Assembly (NCBI GenBank): GCA_021613535.1
Contig: CP075497.1
Coordinates: 6,200,001-6,264,000 of the forward strand
Length of the DNA: 64,000 bases
Source of the DNA: Adineta vaga
Lineage: Eukaryota > Animalia > Rotifera
Direction: 5' to 3'
Shown here: one piece after another, positions 1 to 14,639 of the stretch
How the letters are laid out: each line of letters begins with the position of its first letter
Position numbering within the stretch: the stretch's first letter is position 1
Made by a program: the position numbers and the translations under genes
The notes under the pieces: model-generated
The model's input: only the letters and a program-made list of their open reading frames with translations
Database searches by the model: none
Told to the model about the DNA's origin: nothing

Positions 1-585
1 TTGGTGTTAATAATTGGTGGATTTTTGATTCCATTAACAATAATTATAGTATCATATACAATTATTTTAATGAAACTATCGAAACGTGGTCATCAAATCT
101 TGTATCGTAGTAATCTAAAACAGATAGCACGCTTACAACTAAATTATGAACCGAGCACGTATTGTGTTACGTCTTATAATTCATTATTTGACGAAGAAAT
201 TCTTACTAAATCGACCATTGATGCATCAGTAAATAATCATCAATCCGCTCAAAAGATTTCTCATATAGAATTTCGTGCTACCCGTACGGCATTACTAATA
301 TGTGGTATTTATTGTATGGCTTGGACACCGTATGCAGTGATGGCAATATTATCTCAACTTGGTCCTAGTCATCTCATAAATGTGTACACAACTTCAATAA
401 TTGGTTTGTTTACTAAAACAGCAGCCTGTATAAATCCTTTGATCTATGTATTTTCATCACCTATCTTTCGTCGTTGTCTATTTCATCAGTCAACATTTTG
501 GCAGTACAAAATAACATCACCTGAAAATTGTTCAAATCAAAAGAGAATCTATTTATCAAACTTAACGAGTAATCATTCACATTAA
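1..585 (+). CDS. Opsin (class A GPCR), 3' part (TM5-TM7 and tail); 5' end lies outside the window
   Basis: TM5 'GGFLIPLTIIIVSY', TM6 'CMAWTPYAVMA', TM7 'FTKTAACINPLIY'. The Lys (codon 415-417) has the KxxxxxNPxxY spacing of the retinal-binding K296. Stop at 583-585. Confidence 0.85.
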   Translation: MVLIIGGFLIPLTIIIVSYTIILMKLSKRGHQILYRSNLKQIARLQLNYEPSTYCVTSYNSLFDEEILTKSTIDASVNNHQSAQKISHIEFRATRTALLICGIYCMAWTPYAVMAILSQLGPSHLINVYTTSIIGLFTKTAACINPLIYVFSSPIFRRCLFHQSTFWQYKITSPENCSNQKRIYLSNLTSNHSH

Positions 586-990
586 AAATGATAATATCCA
601 AGCATTGCTAACACAAATGGATCTAATGGCATTTCGTTGACGAAAAACAACTAAAAAACATATTTATCATTGTTGTATTTGTATTAAGGATATATGGACA
701 TATATACTAGATGTCGCCTCTAGACAGATCTATTTCGTTTTCTGTTTTAAGTTTGAATATATACTTTTGCATAATTATTTCAAGAGTTTTTGTTGTAAAG
801 AATATTTTCAATTATATTAATTAATAAAAATCATAATTAGTTTTGTATAATTCTGACTGGTTAAAATCTCTGATATGTTTTAACTGATTTTTCATCTCGT
901 CTGTCTCATCAAAAGACACAGTGTTCTGTTTTTTTCTTCGATTTACAAACATGCTTTTGTAAACTCTTCCAAAATTTGTTATCAACAACT

Positions 991-2995
991 ATGTCAACAT
1001 CGGTTAGTGCATTTCGTTGGCTTGATATTCTTGAAAAAGAATTTGATAAAGCTTTTGTTGATATCGATCTATTACTTGGAGAAATTGATCCAGATCAATC
1101 AGAAATTACTGATGAAGGTCGAGCAAAAATGACTATACTAAGTTCATGTTTTGCACAATTAGCCCATAAAGCGCAAACTATCTCACAAGTAAATGCGAAA
1201 TTAGAAGTATGTAGAATATTTTCTTTCAATCTCTTTTAACATTAAATTTGATTAGGCTCAGTTACTTGATGTTCGAACAGAGACTGTCGAAGTAATGGCA
1301 GATCGACAAGCATTAGAACAACAATTGAAAGAGATTATGGCACAATTACATGCATCACAATTAGAATATCAAGTATTAAAAAATCAAGGAGAAATTGAAG
1401 GTGCTGAAAAGATACTTATTAAATTGGTTTGTTTTTTTTTTATGAAGAAGATGTTATTGTTAATGAAATATTTATTTAGGAAGAACAAATAGCTAAACAA
1501 CGTGAAGAATATAAACAGAATGCAATACCAGAAATTAAAGTACATGAAATCGAAAAAGAAAACGAAAAATTAAAAACACAGATCCTTAATCTTCAATCGG
1601 AAATCTATGGATCACGTTTAGCTGCAAAATATCTTGATAAAGAATTAGCTGGAAGGTAAATTTTCAAATCTAACTATTTAGATAGGAACATTCTTAGGAC
1701 ATAATAAACTTCATGCATATTATCAGATACTACTTGTTATTTTAGTAATTGAGAGCTTGAAATGTAGATTACCTCTATTGTAAGGTTCTTCAAAGAATTA
1801 ATCTGAAGAAAAATGTACATTAGGAAAAACAAACTACAATCATTAATCGTTTATTCAATTATAAGTCGAGTATTATTAGTAGCATGTATTTAGTGGTTTG
1901 GTTTTGAGAGTTGAAATCGTTCCTTGCCGATCTATAATAAGCAACAAAAAAAAACAACTCTTATTACGCTTTGCGATTTTCTCATCCATTCAACACAACA
2001 AATAGTCATGAATTTCCTCTTTTTTTTGAAAATAGAATTCAACAAATTCAACTACTTGGCCGTGATTTACGTGGAGCTGATCATGAAAATCTTTGGAATC
2101 AACTTGAAGCTGAAATACATTTACATCGTCATAAAACTGTTATACGTGCATGTCGTGGACGAGAAAAAGTCAATAAGATTCTAACCACTCCACCAGGACA
2201 TGTAATTTCCTGTCTTTCTCTCTCTCTCTCTTTCACAAATTCTGATTGTCTGTTGTTTCTTTTTCAAACAGGATTTCAATACTTTAAAGAAACGACAAGG
2301 CGTAGGAGAGATTCGTACTGTTAAACTTTATAAGGACGCTAAAGAAGCATTAGGAATTTCGATTACAGGTGGAAAAGAACATGGTTTACCTATTCTCATA
2401 TCAGAAATACATGAAGAAGGTCCAGCATGGCGTTGTGGTCAACTTTATGTTGGTGATTCTATATTAGCTGTTAATAAACATGATTTACGTGATACTAAAC
2501 ATAAAGATGCTGTTCAAATCTTATCATCTGTTGTATGTATAATAGAAATAACTCGATTTAATATTTTCTTGTTGATTTCTAATAGAAAGGAGATATTGTC
2601 TTGACAGTTGTTTTTGTTGCACCTGATGATAGTGATGATGAAGATTTACAAAATTGTGATGTTGATAATAATTTAAAATATAAATTTACAAGCGAAGAAA
2701 TTGAACATAAACGTCGAATGGAACCAAATCATTCGTCATCAAGTGACACCGAAACAATTCGTCGTATTAAAGATTTATCGACATCGAATGGTAATGAAAG
2801 AAAACATGCGTTAGAACAAATTGATGAAATGGATACAGCTAGTATGGATAGTAATCAAAGGTAATTTATCATTTTTTTAGTTGATATTAATTAGTTTACT
2901 TGTTATCTTCTAGGGATGGACCATCTGTGATCGATCGATATCTTAAACATACACGACAATATTTACCAGTTAAACGTACAGATTCCAAGGAGTGA
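991..2995 (+). CDS. GOPC: Golgi-associated PDZ and coiled-coil protein (PIST/CAL), 7 exons, intact
   Basis: N-terminus '[26 protein letters not shown]', '[28 protein letters not shown]', '[20 protein letters not shown]' and PDZ '[22 protein letters not shown]'. All introns are GT-AG and phase-consistent; TGA at 2993-2995. Confidence 0.95.
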
Positions 2996-5894
2996 AACGA
3001 CGTTTTTTTTTCTTTAGGCATTCAATGAGGAACATTCATCTCATTTGCTTCTCTTTTATTTATTGTTATTGTATTTATTCTATGCATACAAATATAATTT
3101 TAACCGGTAGAAATCCGAGAAAGAAAAGTACAATATATTTAGAGAATAATATCAGATGAGAAAAGGTTTCTACTGCGAAGTTGATTTATTTCATTCAGGT
3201 AAATGAAGACTTTCTAATCAATATTAGTTTCTTCTTGTTGATTTCTTCGAAAGAGAACATTCTTCATTGTAAAAGAAAAGATCGATTCTATAAGAATCAA
3301 ATGATTTCTGTAATCGTAATGAATTTGAATCAATTATTTATTTATTTACAACTTCTGACACGGAAAAGCTAATCTATGATTCATTAAAAGCATAACTATG
3401 CGATATTATTGCATATCAATTTAATCACCAATAAAAATAACCATATCCTAGGTAGAAAAAGAGAATCTTCGTATATATATATATTATCTTAAAGATGTAC
3501 AGATGATTGTGTAAGCGAGAACATACTAATTTGTTCTTAATGTTCAGACATAATGGAATATTCTAATGACATTGACGTAAATGATATACTGGTGTGCAAT
3601 CAAATAACTGACATTGAGATATGAATAGTTTATGCTGCTGTTGTTTTATCTGAACACCTGTATCCATTAGAACGACGACGAAGAAGAACGCTTGATAAAC
3701 TATCTATCTTACATTCCGAAAGAATCAGAGAAAAATCATGAAGTAGTTTTTCACTGTATGTTTTCCATGTCTTGTTTATGTTATTAAATTTTGAAACATT
3801 ACAATGATGAATTTTCCCAATATAAGTTTTTCTTACAGATTCAGACAGAATAATTACTTGTTTTATATTTGAAATACGTATATTTTATACTATGAGATCT
3901 CTTTGTATTTTTCCTCGTAATTGTTAGTTTTGATTTCGTATACAAATATGATCGAGACAAATTGTTTTCTATGAGTATATTTATTTAATATAAATTGTTT
4001 TTATTTGTTGAGATTTCCTCGTCTTTTTCTTTATCGATGAATCACATGTTAGATATAGAACAAACGTGACAGTTAGCATTGTTGTTCACTATCAAAGAAA
4101 GATACTCGTTAAACAAAAGAATAGGCATGTTGATGTAGGCAGATAGTCAATAGAAATGAGTATCAAACATGAGTTTTACATTAAAACTTTATCATAACAT
4201 TTGCTTGACTAGTAAATAGAGAAAAGAACAAAAAAATTTATCAAGTCTTTCAATGATTGCTGATCATACAATCTTTTTCTTCTTTATCTAAAGTCTTTTC
4301 ATTTCGATTTGTTTCGTATGTAATTTCATTCGAACAAAATTCTCTCATACAGGTAAGAAACAAAATTAATAAATCTTAATCTTAAAATATTCAGAAAAGA
4401 AATTCTTCTATTTAAAGTAAATAAACATCTCGATTAAGTTACTGATTATTCCTTCTAATCATATGAAATTAATCTGTTGAGGATAGATATCAATTAACAT
4501 GTTTTTCTTAACTTCTTGTCAATTATTTTATTGAATACATTTAGTATAGACATATTTTTCTCGGACGATAACAAATCGCTATAAATTGAGAAGAAAATAA
4601 AAACAATCGATATTAGATTAATACATCTCCGTCTCTCATTGAGTTTATTCTCGGATATATATTTATGATTAATGATGATGATCGTCCAAGACAAAATAAA
4701 AATGTCTTATTTGCTTGCCTTTAGACAAGAGACCAGTATATGGCTGGTATTTCGTAAGCTTCTCATCATGTCTCATTGCATTCCATCATCTGATAAGAAC
4801 GTGTACGTCAGTGTTCTAAAGTATCACACTATATCATGGCTTCTTTCTTTCTTCTTCTTCTTCGCTTCTTCGCTTCTTCGCTTCTTCATCATTTCGATAG
4901 CAACATAATTGTTTTCTTAACGGAGACATCAGATATGATCAATGAACAAGTGGATCAAGTAATTGTGATATTGATAAGGATTCTATTTCGAAGAGTTTTT
5001 CTTCTTGTCATAATCATCATTTTCTTTTTTTTATGACTTGTATTAAATACAAGCACATGCGTTAAGAGTTCTACCTGCAATTAAAACGATGAATCCTTAT
5101 AATAGAAGCATCTTCAAAACGACAAATGTCATCACTATTGCCGACAACAGTTGGTTGGCTGCAACACAGCGAGATATTTGATTTATGTTTGCTTTTTCTT
5201 CTCCCTAGGAAGAAAAAACAATGCGAGTCAAAGTAGAATCAGCTCTTCTGAGAGCAAATACAAGACGAAGCAATGACATAAATCATTTATGCCAAAAAAA
5301 CATTCTTCATACAGATGAAAGTAATCAGCTACGACAAAACAAAGACTTCAGTTCAGTTTCACAGTTTCGATTTAAAACTTTATTTTTCGATCGAGAATCA
5401 CGTTAGATTAGATCATCACGTTCGCATTCGAAATGCAACTACATACAAGTAGAGAAGACGAACAGCGCACGTTAATATTCATAACAGAATAAAACATTCA
5501 AGTAGGACAGAACAAAGAAAAAAAATGAAATCGATGAAAAAAAGGAATACATATATTATGAAATAAAGCACGTACATATAAAGTTATGACAGGAAATTTG
5601 ACATCTTAGACAATGATATCAACGAAATTAGAAGGTCAGTTACTCATTATACGCCCGTGAATTTTATTACTTTAATATGATTCTTTTGTTTTTTTTTGCT
5701 CGAGGAATGAAAAAGAAATTCGAAATAACTTCATACGTGTGGCAATCAGTTTACAAATCCGTGTTAACTTATCGTTAATCTAAGATTACTTGCTCAATCA
5801 TTCTTCTTTTGTTTCAATATTTTAGAACAGAAATGATCGAGTTGACACGTGCTTTACTTTCACGTCTATTAAAATGATCTATTCGAAATAATTA

Positions 5895-8800
5895 ATGATG
5901 CATCAACGAAACGAAAGCATTCAAGCGAAAAAGCAAACACCATCCATAGATAAACACCATTCAATTCGAAGACGACGACGACGACGAAAGGAATCATTAC
6001 GGCGCGCATGGACTCACAGTTTACCATCACTAGCGACGAACACTGTTAAAATGGTCGTTGCTACTCTTCAATTAAGTGCAACTATGAATGACACTTCATC
6101 CATAGAAAATTATCATCGAATAAATGACTTAGATCAACATAGTGAAGATATTGATGATGATAATGACATAGTAAATATTGGACAGGAAGTTCAAGCACAC
6201 ATTCCAGATATTGTCTTAAATAATTTAAATGATTTAATCGATCGTAAAGGTAATATAACCATACCAAATGAACATGCATATCATAATTCAACTTTATTAT
6301 TTCTTGATGTATCGGGTTTTACGTCGTTAACAGAACAATATTCTAATGATGCACATCTAGGTATCGATCAATTAACATGTACATTAAATTCATATTTTGA
6401 TAAACTTGTCTATGAAATTTTAACACATGAAGGTGATATTTATAAATTTGCTGGTGATGCTATTCTTTCCTTATGGACAAATGAACAAACTGGTCCTCAA
6501 CAAGCACTCAAATGTGCTTTACATCTACAACAAAAATGTGGTGCATATGAAACTGATGTTGGCGTTATGTTGCGTGTTAAAGTTGCACTTGCCTATGGAT
6601 CAGTGCGTGCTTTATTTGTTGGAATAGAAGACTTCAAACATTATCTTTTAACAGGTGATTGTGTTAAAAATGTTAATGTATGTGAACAATTATGTGAACC
6701 AGGTGATATTTTAATGACAAAAGCAGTTTATGAAAGAATTGATTCATCAGCTTTTAATTGTGAATTTCAACCTGTTAGTGAAGAAATTGATCCTAAACAA
6801 GAACATATTTCAGTTAAATATTCTCTATCCAGACAATCATCAATGGATGAAAAATCAGATATGGAAGATCATATCAGTCCTTCTACAGTCATTCATGAGC
6901 GAATGGTATGTGCGAGTATAAAACAAACTATGGTGACAGGATAAAAATATATATATATATATATATAAGTAGATGAGATAAGAATATTTGTAAATGATTT
7001 TGACAGAAAGAAGAAGAAAAAAACAAATAAACGACGTTCGTCGAGTAAATATAAAATAAGAAAAAGAAGATTTATATTAAGATAAACGAGAAAAGAATTT
7101 GCATAGAAAATTGAATGCAAGTGTATTGAAAAGGATAGTAGAAAATGGAATGTGACAGGAAATGATAAATTAGATAGATGATCACAAAATCTCATTCTTA
7201 TAGAATTAAAAAGATATTAAACTTGAAAAATTTATCTTCATTTATACAGGATAGTGTTAATCAAGAAATTATGAATGATGATACGAGTAGACGATCATCA
7301 GAAAATGATCTCTCTGATCAAGAATTTTATTTAAAAATCAATATATTAATGAAATCTTTTATATTACATTGTGTACATCAACGTATTGAACGTAAACAAT
7401 CCTTAGATTATTTATCGGAATTACGTCGTGTAACAATTTCATTTATTAATTTGGATATATCTAATGAACAATCAATTAATGATAATTTACATGAAAATAT
7501 TCATAAAATCTTTGTACAAATCTATGAATTAACAAAAATGATGGGTGGAGTTTTAACGAAAGCATTATTGTTCGATAAAGGTTGGTCATTTTTATGTGTT
7601 TTTGGTTTACCAGGATATAAACAAGGTGATGATACTGCTAATGCATTGAAATCTGCTCAAATGATTTATTCACAAATTCGTGAACAGTGTGATTTCGTTG
7701 AAAAATGTTCGATTGGGGTAAATGATCAGATCATAGACTCTTTTTTTTTCTTCAGAAAAAAAACACATCTTTATCATATTTTCGTTAGATTAGGTGACAA
7801 CTGGATTGAACATATTGTGGTGTAGTTGGACATCGTGCACGTTGTGAATATACAGTTATAGGTCGAAAAGTAAATATGGCTGCACGTTTAATGTGTAATT
7901 ATCCAAGTATAATATCATGTGATCAAGAAACATATTATAATTCACGTTTAAATAGTCGATTCTTTCGAATATTACCAGATAAAAATTTAAAAGTAGGAAA
8001 GAAAATATCATTAAATTTTGACTCTAGGTTTCTTTTAGGGAATGAATAATGTTGGAGTTATTTGGCATTTTGGTAATTCTCATGATGTATCACAAGCAGT
8101 TGAACATACGAAATCCGTGAATCGTCAAACTGATGAATCAAGACATGAAGATCTTCCATTGCTAGGAAGAAGAGTTGAATTAATGATTGTTGCTACACAA
8201 ATTATGTTACTTGATGAATCAGGAAATAGTAAAAGTCGACGACAAGAAATTGCAGCCATTATTTTTGAAGGTTAGTACATGAATTTATCTGTATTCTTAT
8301 TTTTCTATTGATAAAATCTTTGATTTAGGAGAAGATAAAATTGGTCGAAGTCGTTTATTACAATTCATTGCTGAATCATTAGAAAATTCTTCAAATACAA
8401 GTAATACGTCCGTATCTTCATTTTATAATAATACATACATTCCAAATGATCCAACTGTCATATATAATAATCCTACAATGATCAGTACAATGTTTGATAA
8501 TCAAGATGAAACGAATTCATCATTGAATGACTATTCACATGATGGTTCAGTTAGAAAACGTCCATCAATTCATGTTATTAATTATCGTTGTCAATTTGAA
8601 CAACGTTTTAATGAATTTTGTTTACTTCAATCTTTACTTCAACAATTATTACAATTTCATACGAATGAAAAAACTCAATATGATCGTGAACAATATCTTC
8701 TACGTTTATTTGATATAAACAAAGCAAATGATTTACATTTACGACGACATTTATTTCTATTAAATGATCTATTCGATGTTCGATTTTGTCATAATGCAAT

Positions 8801-11800
8801 TGAAACAGAAGATGATAACGATACGAATTTTGTCAAAAGTTATGAAGCAAATATCAATGAATTATTAGTACATATTTTAGATAAACTTATTGATCAATCA
8901 AATTCAATTGGTGATCTATATTCACAACCATCAACAATAAATTCCACACATTCACAGTAAATTTCATATTCTCTTTTTTCTTCTTTTAAACAAAGACAAA
9001 TTTTTAGTTCAATTTATCGGCAATCTCGTGCATCAATAAGTTCAACAAAAAGTTTATCTTCACATCCGATTACAACATTTTCAAAAATCATCTTTATTAT
9101 TGATGATATTCATTTTGCAGATGAAAGTTCATTGAAACATTTATTAACATTAGGTAGTCATCGTAAATGTCTTCTGATACTTTCAATGAAACCACCAAGA
9201 AATAATAATAATGATCGAACAAATTGTAGTATCTTACAATCCATTACAACAGATTCACGTGTTTATCTTCGAAGATTACCTGGATTAGAATTACGTCATT
9301 TAGCAACTCTTGGTAAAGAGAAAAGCTTTCTTTTTTTAAACAATTGTTTTTCTTATTATTCTTCAGGATGTCAAATATTATCTGTATATCGTCTACCTGC
9401 CAGACTTGTTAAAATTTTCAATGAAAGTTGTAATGGTATTCCTGGTTTTTGTGAACAAATCTTATATGATTTATTGAACAAGGATCAAATTTATATATCT
9501 GATAGTAAGGATACTCAAAATCAAGATGATGATTTAGTTGAAGGTGATCCGGATAAACTTTGTGTAAATTATTCGATAAAATATAGTTTATTTAAATCAG
9601 TTTTTTCTCGTCGAAAACAAACAATTACAGTTGAACAACGTGAAAAAGAGTCAATCTTTTCTCGAATATGTTTATTACGAAATCCTGACGATGAAGATTT
9701 CAATGCGGATTGTCAACAAAATTTTCAAAATTATATCATGTGTCGAATTGATCGATTATCCGAAGGTGAAACTCTTCTTATTAAAACAGCTGCTGTTATT
9801 GGTAATACATTTTCACGATTACTTCTATGGCATTTAGTTGATCCTCAATCAAAAGCATTGATTAATATTAATTCATGTATATTAGAAATGATGCAACGAA
9901 ATGTGATCGAATGTGCTTATCTTAATCAACAATCGATTAAAACACGTTCGATTAAATGTTATTGTTTACAAAATCCAGGTAATTTTCCATCTCAATGTCG
10001 TCTGATGGCATTTACACATTCCACGATAAGAGAAGGAATCTATAATTCATTAACTGATGGTTTAAAACGTAGTTTAATACGAAATGCAATCGAATATTTA
10101 GAAAAACAATCGAAGATTGTTTGTTTACCATGTGGAAGTAGTAAAAATGAAAGTCCATTTCTTGTTCATGAACATGTTGGTTTAGCAAAATCTATTAAAA
10201 ATAGACAACAACCAGCCTTTGCTGATATTGTAAAATCAGTTGCATTAAAAGAAATTGATGATGTTATCAAACAAATATGGAAAAGAATAGATTCAACAGT
10301 GAAACCACGTTCGAATACATCTCAAAAACGACGAATAGAATTCTTATCAATGCCCAATGGAGATCTATCATCAAATGAAAATAAAAGGTATTCTATAATT
10401 TTCTTTTATATCTTACATTTTGTTTACATAGTACAAACAATCATCAAACTAAACGTTTTTATAGTATCGATATTAATAATATTCAACCGATACCCGATAA
10501 AATGCCAGCAATTCCCGATACATTGAACGACGATGAAAATGAAATTGAAGACAATAAACCATCCGATATGAAAAGTCTCCAGTCAATACGAAGTGATCCA
10601 AATGATCCAAATTTAACATTAATCAGTGTCTATTCACCTGAGGCATCACAAAATGTGCACTACAGTTTTCAACGTGCATCATCATCCCTATCATCACGAT
10701 CAAGTCAATTGTATCCTTTATTCAAATTACCCGATAAGCATAATACAGATGCAACAACAAACAAACCTGAATTATTACAAACAGTAAATGGAATGATATC
10801 CAATGATAATACAAATAAAACAGACACGCTTGTCGAAGCATCGAAACGGAAAAAAACGGAAAGATCAAATCGTTTTATTGCATTTCTTCGATATATTTTT
10901 TGTCAATTTTCACCGATTGATTCGAATGCAACGGTAACACCCTCGATTGGTGAACAAACAACTGATGATAACAATAATTTACAACAAGACACAACAAATA
11001 ATGCAACTACACCAGAGGAAAAACATTCACAGGTAGAAATCGAATAGAGAAAATTTCATTGTAAATTCTAATTTGTTTCATAGGAAAATGAAAGTCGCAG
11101 TGATTATTATTCTCATTGGAAAAAAGTTCGTAAAGCTGTTTTACCGACCGTTCGTAAAATTCATCGACCTTTACCTTCCGAAGAAGAATTATTTGAACAA
11201 CCAATGTTTTCCACGGAATTAATGATTGAAGTATTCGATGATCTCAATAATTTAAATAAACAAACTCATTTAATACGAACATTTGAAACTCTTTACGAAC
11301 AATCACTTTCATTTTACAATTTTCAATCTTATGCTCAACATAGTAATTTACTTCTACATATTTATGAATCAAAACAAAATATAGAAAAAGAAGAAGAAGA
11401 ACATGATCTGAATAAATTTCTCAATGAATTTACTGCGTACAATGATCTACGTATTTGTGAATGTATCGATTGTATAATGACAGTTTATATCAAATTAGTT
11501 GAATATTATACAAATCTTTATGATATTTATGATAAAACATCGGATGATAAACGGGATTATTCACATTTAAAACAATTTGAACGTATTATGTATTATCGTA
11601 CAGAAATCTGTCGATTATTATTAAGTTGTAATTATCTACAACGTTTGATAGTTGAAATTGAAAATGGAAGAAAATTTTTAGAAAAATTCCAAAATGATAC
11701 ACATAATCATGAAGATTTTATTTATCAATATCATTATATTTTTGTAAAATATACTTATAATTTATTTGAAGCTATACTTTTACAACGTACAAAAGCTACG

Positions 11801-13500
11801 CATGATTCCAAACAATTATGTGATGAAAGTTTAAAAGAATTAAATAAAGCTCATGAAAATAAAATTTGGGAAAAATTAATCTCAAATAATAAATCTGAAG
11901 AATCATCAACAGCTGTAGATAAAAGACAACAATATGAACACAGTAAAGATAATCATTCAGTAGAGAATAATCAAATATCAACAACAATTGTAAGTGATTT
12001 CGAAATATTCTTTTTCATTTACTTATTTCAAATCTTTAGAATTCGGAACAATTTATTCTTTTTAATGGTAAATATCGTTTAGAATATCTTCTATGTCAAT
12101 ATAATCTTCTTAAATATGAACTTTCACATTATCAATCAATTGATTCACTCAATACATTACTTAATTTAGAATATCATACATTTCCAATCTCATTTTCTCT
12201 ATCATGTACAATAACACTTGTGGAATATTTTTATTCTCAAAACAATTATCAACAATGTTTAACATTGATTCATCGAATTATTCATTTCTGGTGGTCAGCT
12301 ATAACACCACGAGAGAAACTTGAATTTGCTAAATTGAAAACTTTAGTTTTAATTATTGAATTAAAACAAGGTTCAATCGATTCAGCCATATCATCCGGTT
12401 ATTTTGCAAAACGTTTGCTAACAAATTATCATGAAAATACTTTCCTATTTGAAACATGTATCTATTTAACATTAGCATCCATTGCTGAAATGCGTATGCC
12501 AAATATTGAATTAATTCTTCAACATTTAGAATATTTAAGTGAACAAACAATGAATTGTTATGGGAAATTATGGTATTATATTTTAATTCTTGATGTAGCA
12601 ATGGAATTTGGTTGTGAATTAATGCCAATTACAGCTGAAATCTTGAATAACGTTACAAAATATCGTCGAAAACTTTTTCCAGGACCCAACGGACGAAATC
12701 TCTTATTGTTTTATAGTGATTGTACATTAGCACAGATCTATGCACGCTTAGAATTGTTAGATATGTCGAAAATGCATTTTCATCAAGCATTATTTCAAAT
12801 CAAATGTGATCATATGAATTTATCCAGTAATGATTTTCGTTTTCAACGTGCTTTATTAAAATTAACTGAAGTACAATTAATACATTGGTATTATGAAAAA
12901 GTTGAGAAAAATAAATTAACAAAAGACTTTTTCTTATTAAATTATTTTAATGAAGAACATACGGAAAAATTGGTGGCAGGAAATAAAACAAGATATTTCA
13001 TTTATCAAGCATATTATGATCGATTGATTAATGAATATAGAAGACAAGAAAAACTTTCGATTGATGTAAGTTATCTACTTTAGATGAGATAAAGTCATAT
13101 TGGTTTGTTGTAGAATGAATTCAATTGGGAAAAAAGTTTAGGTGAAGCAGAAAAAGCGGCGACAAAACTTGATTCAGAATGGATTGAATGTTTAAGACAT
13201 GCATGGTCGCATTCTGTTTCAGAGCAAATTTCTCAGAAATTAAGACATCGACCATCGAATAAATATCTTCGTCGATCAGCAATTCTATCGAGGCAAACAA
13301 GTCGACGTTCTATTCGATCATCATTACCTGCAGAAAAACTAGCATCAAAGAATGAAATGCATTCTGATCAAACAAATGATGAACAATCTTTAACAATCGA
13401 TAACTATCCTCATCAAAAATTTCTTGATTGGCGTTCATTTTCAAATACTAATAATAATTTCCCATATTTCCAACTTTATATTCTTCCGGTGATAGTATAA
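5895..13500 (+). CDS. ADCY10: Soluble (bicarbonate-type) adenylyl cyclase, ADCY10-like, multi-exon; one +1 frameshift at about 7809-7810 as assembled
   Basis: C1 domain 'LFLDVSGFT', 'IYKFAGDA'; C2 domain 'ELRRVTISFINL', 'FDKGWSFLCVFGLPG', 'EYTVIGRKVNMAARLM'. Degenerate P-loop 'FEGEDKIGRS', Walker B-like 'IFIIDDIHFAD', then a long helical C-terminus ending in TAA at 13498-13500. Start codon uncertain. Confidence 0.9.
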
Positions 13501-14639
13501 ATCATAAAACTCTTGCTGTTTGTTGTTGTTGTTATTGTTGTTGTTGTTTTCTTTTTCACCCTTTAGTGTTTTTTTCTTGGTTCATATAAATACATGGAGT
13601 TTATCAAATAGGAATATTGATTGTTTCTTTCTCGGCAAAGAAATCAAGCACTTGAAATCTGCACAGCGATCCAAAACATTTAACAAGATTAAGATGTTCG
13701 AACGATTGGTAGATTTCTATATATAATCATTTTCCGTACTCAACATCGACCTTAAGATTAATTTAACGATAATCAATTTATTACGCAAGGGTTATTGTAA
13801 AAAATTTTCTCGCTATCTTAGAAACAGATCATCTGCATAAAATACCAGTTATTCATGTTTTATAGAAGAAGTTACATCTACTCTGTAACCATTCGCGTTC
13901 ATATTATAGCAGATGAAAAAAAAACAATATCATTTGTCATTAATCATAGATTTAGTTAGCACTTTGATGAAAGTTTAATAACTGAATGATCGTATCTCTA
14001 ACGAATTACCAAAGAAAAAAAACGACACTTTGATAGATTGATAGCCAATGAGCAATCTTGACAATATCACGCACAATAATGAAGCATTTTCTTGGTGAAC
14101 TATCCGATTAAAAATGAATCTATATTATAAAAAAAAATTCGATCGAAACTGTTTTTGTGTCTCTTTTAACTTCTAAGAACTGATTCATATCTAATATTGT
14201 CAAAAGAAAATTTTACGGATAATAATTTCCTAATTTATTTCTCTAAATAGACTTTTCCTTCACTTCATTTCCTTTTCTTTCTCATACCTGTTCAAACCTA
14301 ATCAGATACATTTGACTCGATTGCACTTTTCTTTTTCTATTTTTTTTTATTCATATTCGAACGAAGTATTCACCTTAATTTTCACCTTGAACATAAAAGA
14401 AGTATTTATGTATATATATATGTATATCATCTTATCGATCTTTTTCTCGCTCGATTGATCTCAATTGTTTTATAGCCGCGAGCGAAAACTCGATACAATG
14501 AACAACTTGTTCTCATTCACACGAACAATAATAATAATAAATTTCTCTTTTATTCAATACAAAAAAAAAGAAAACTTTCACGTTTTTCATATAAACAAAG
14601 AAAGGTTACTCCAAGCACTGCATAAAGAAACACAAATAG

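Noticed and set aside
3181-5406. Short ORFs between GOPC and ADCY10
   Set aside because: They are F/I/L/K-rich translations typical of AT-rich non-coding DNA, probably UTR, promoter and intron sequence.
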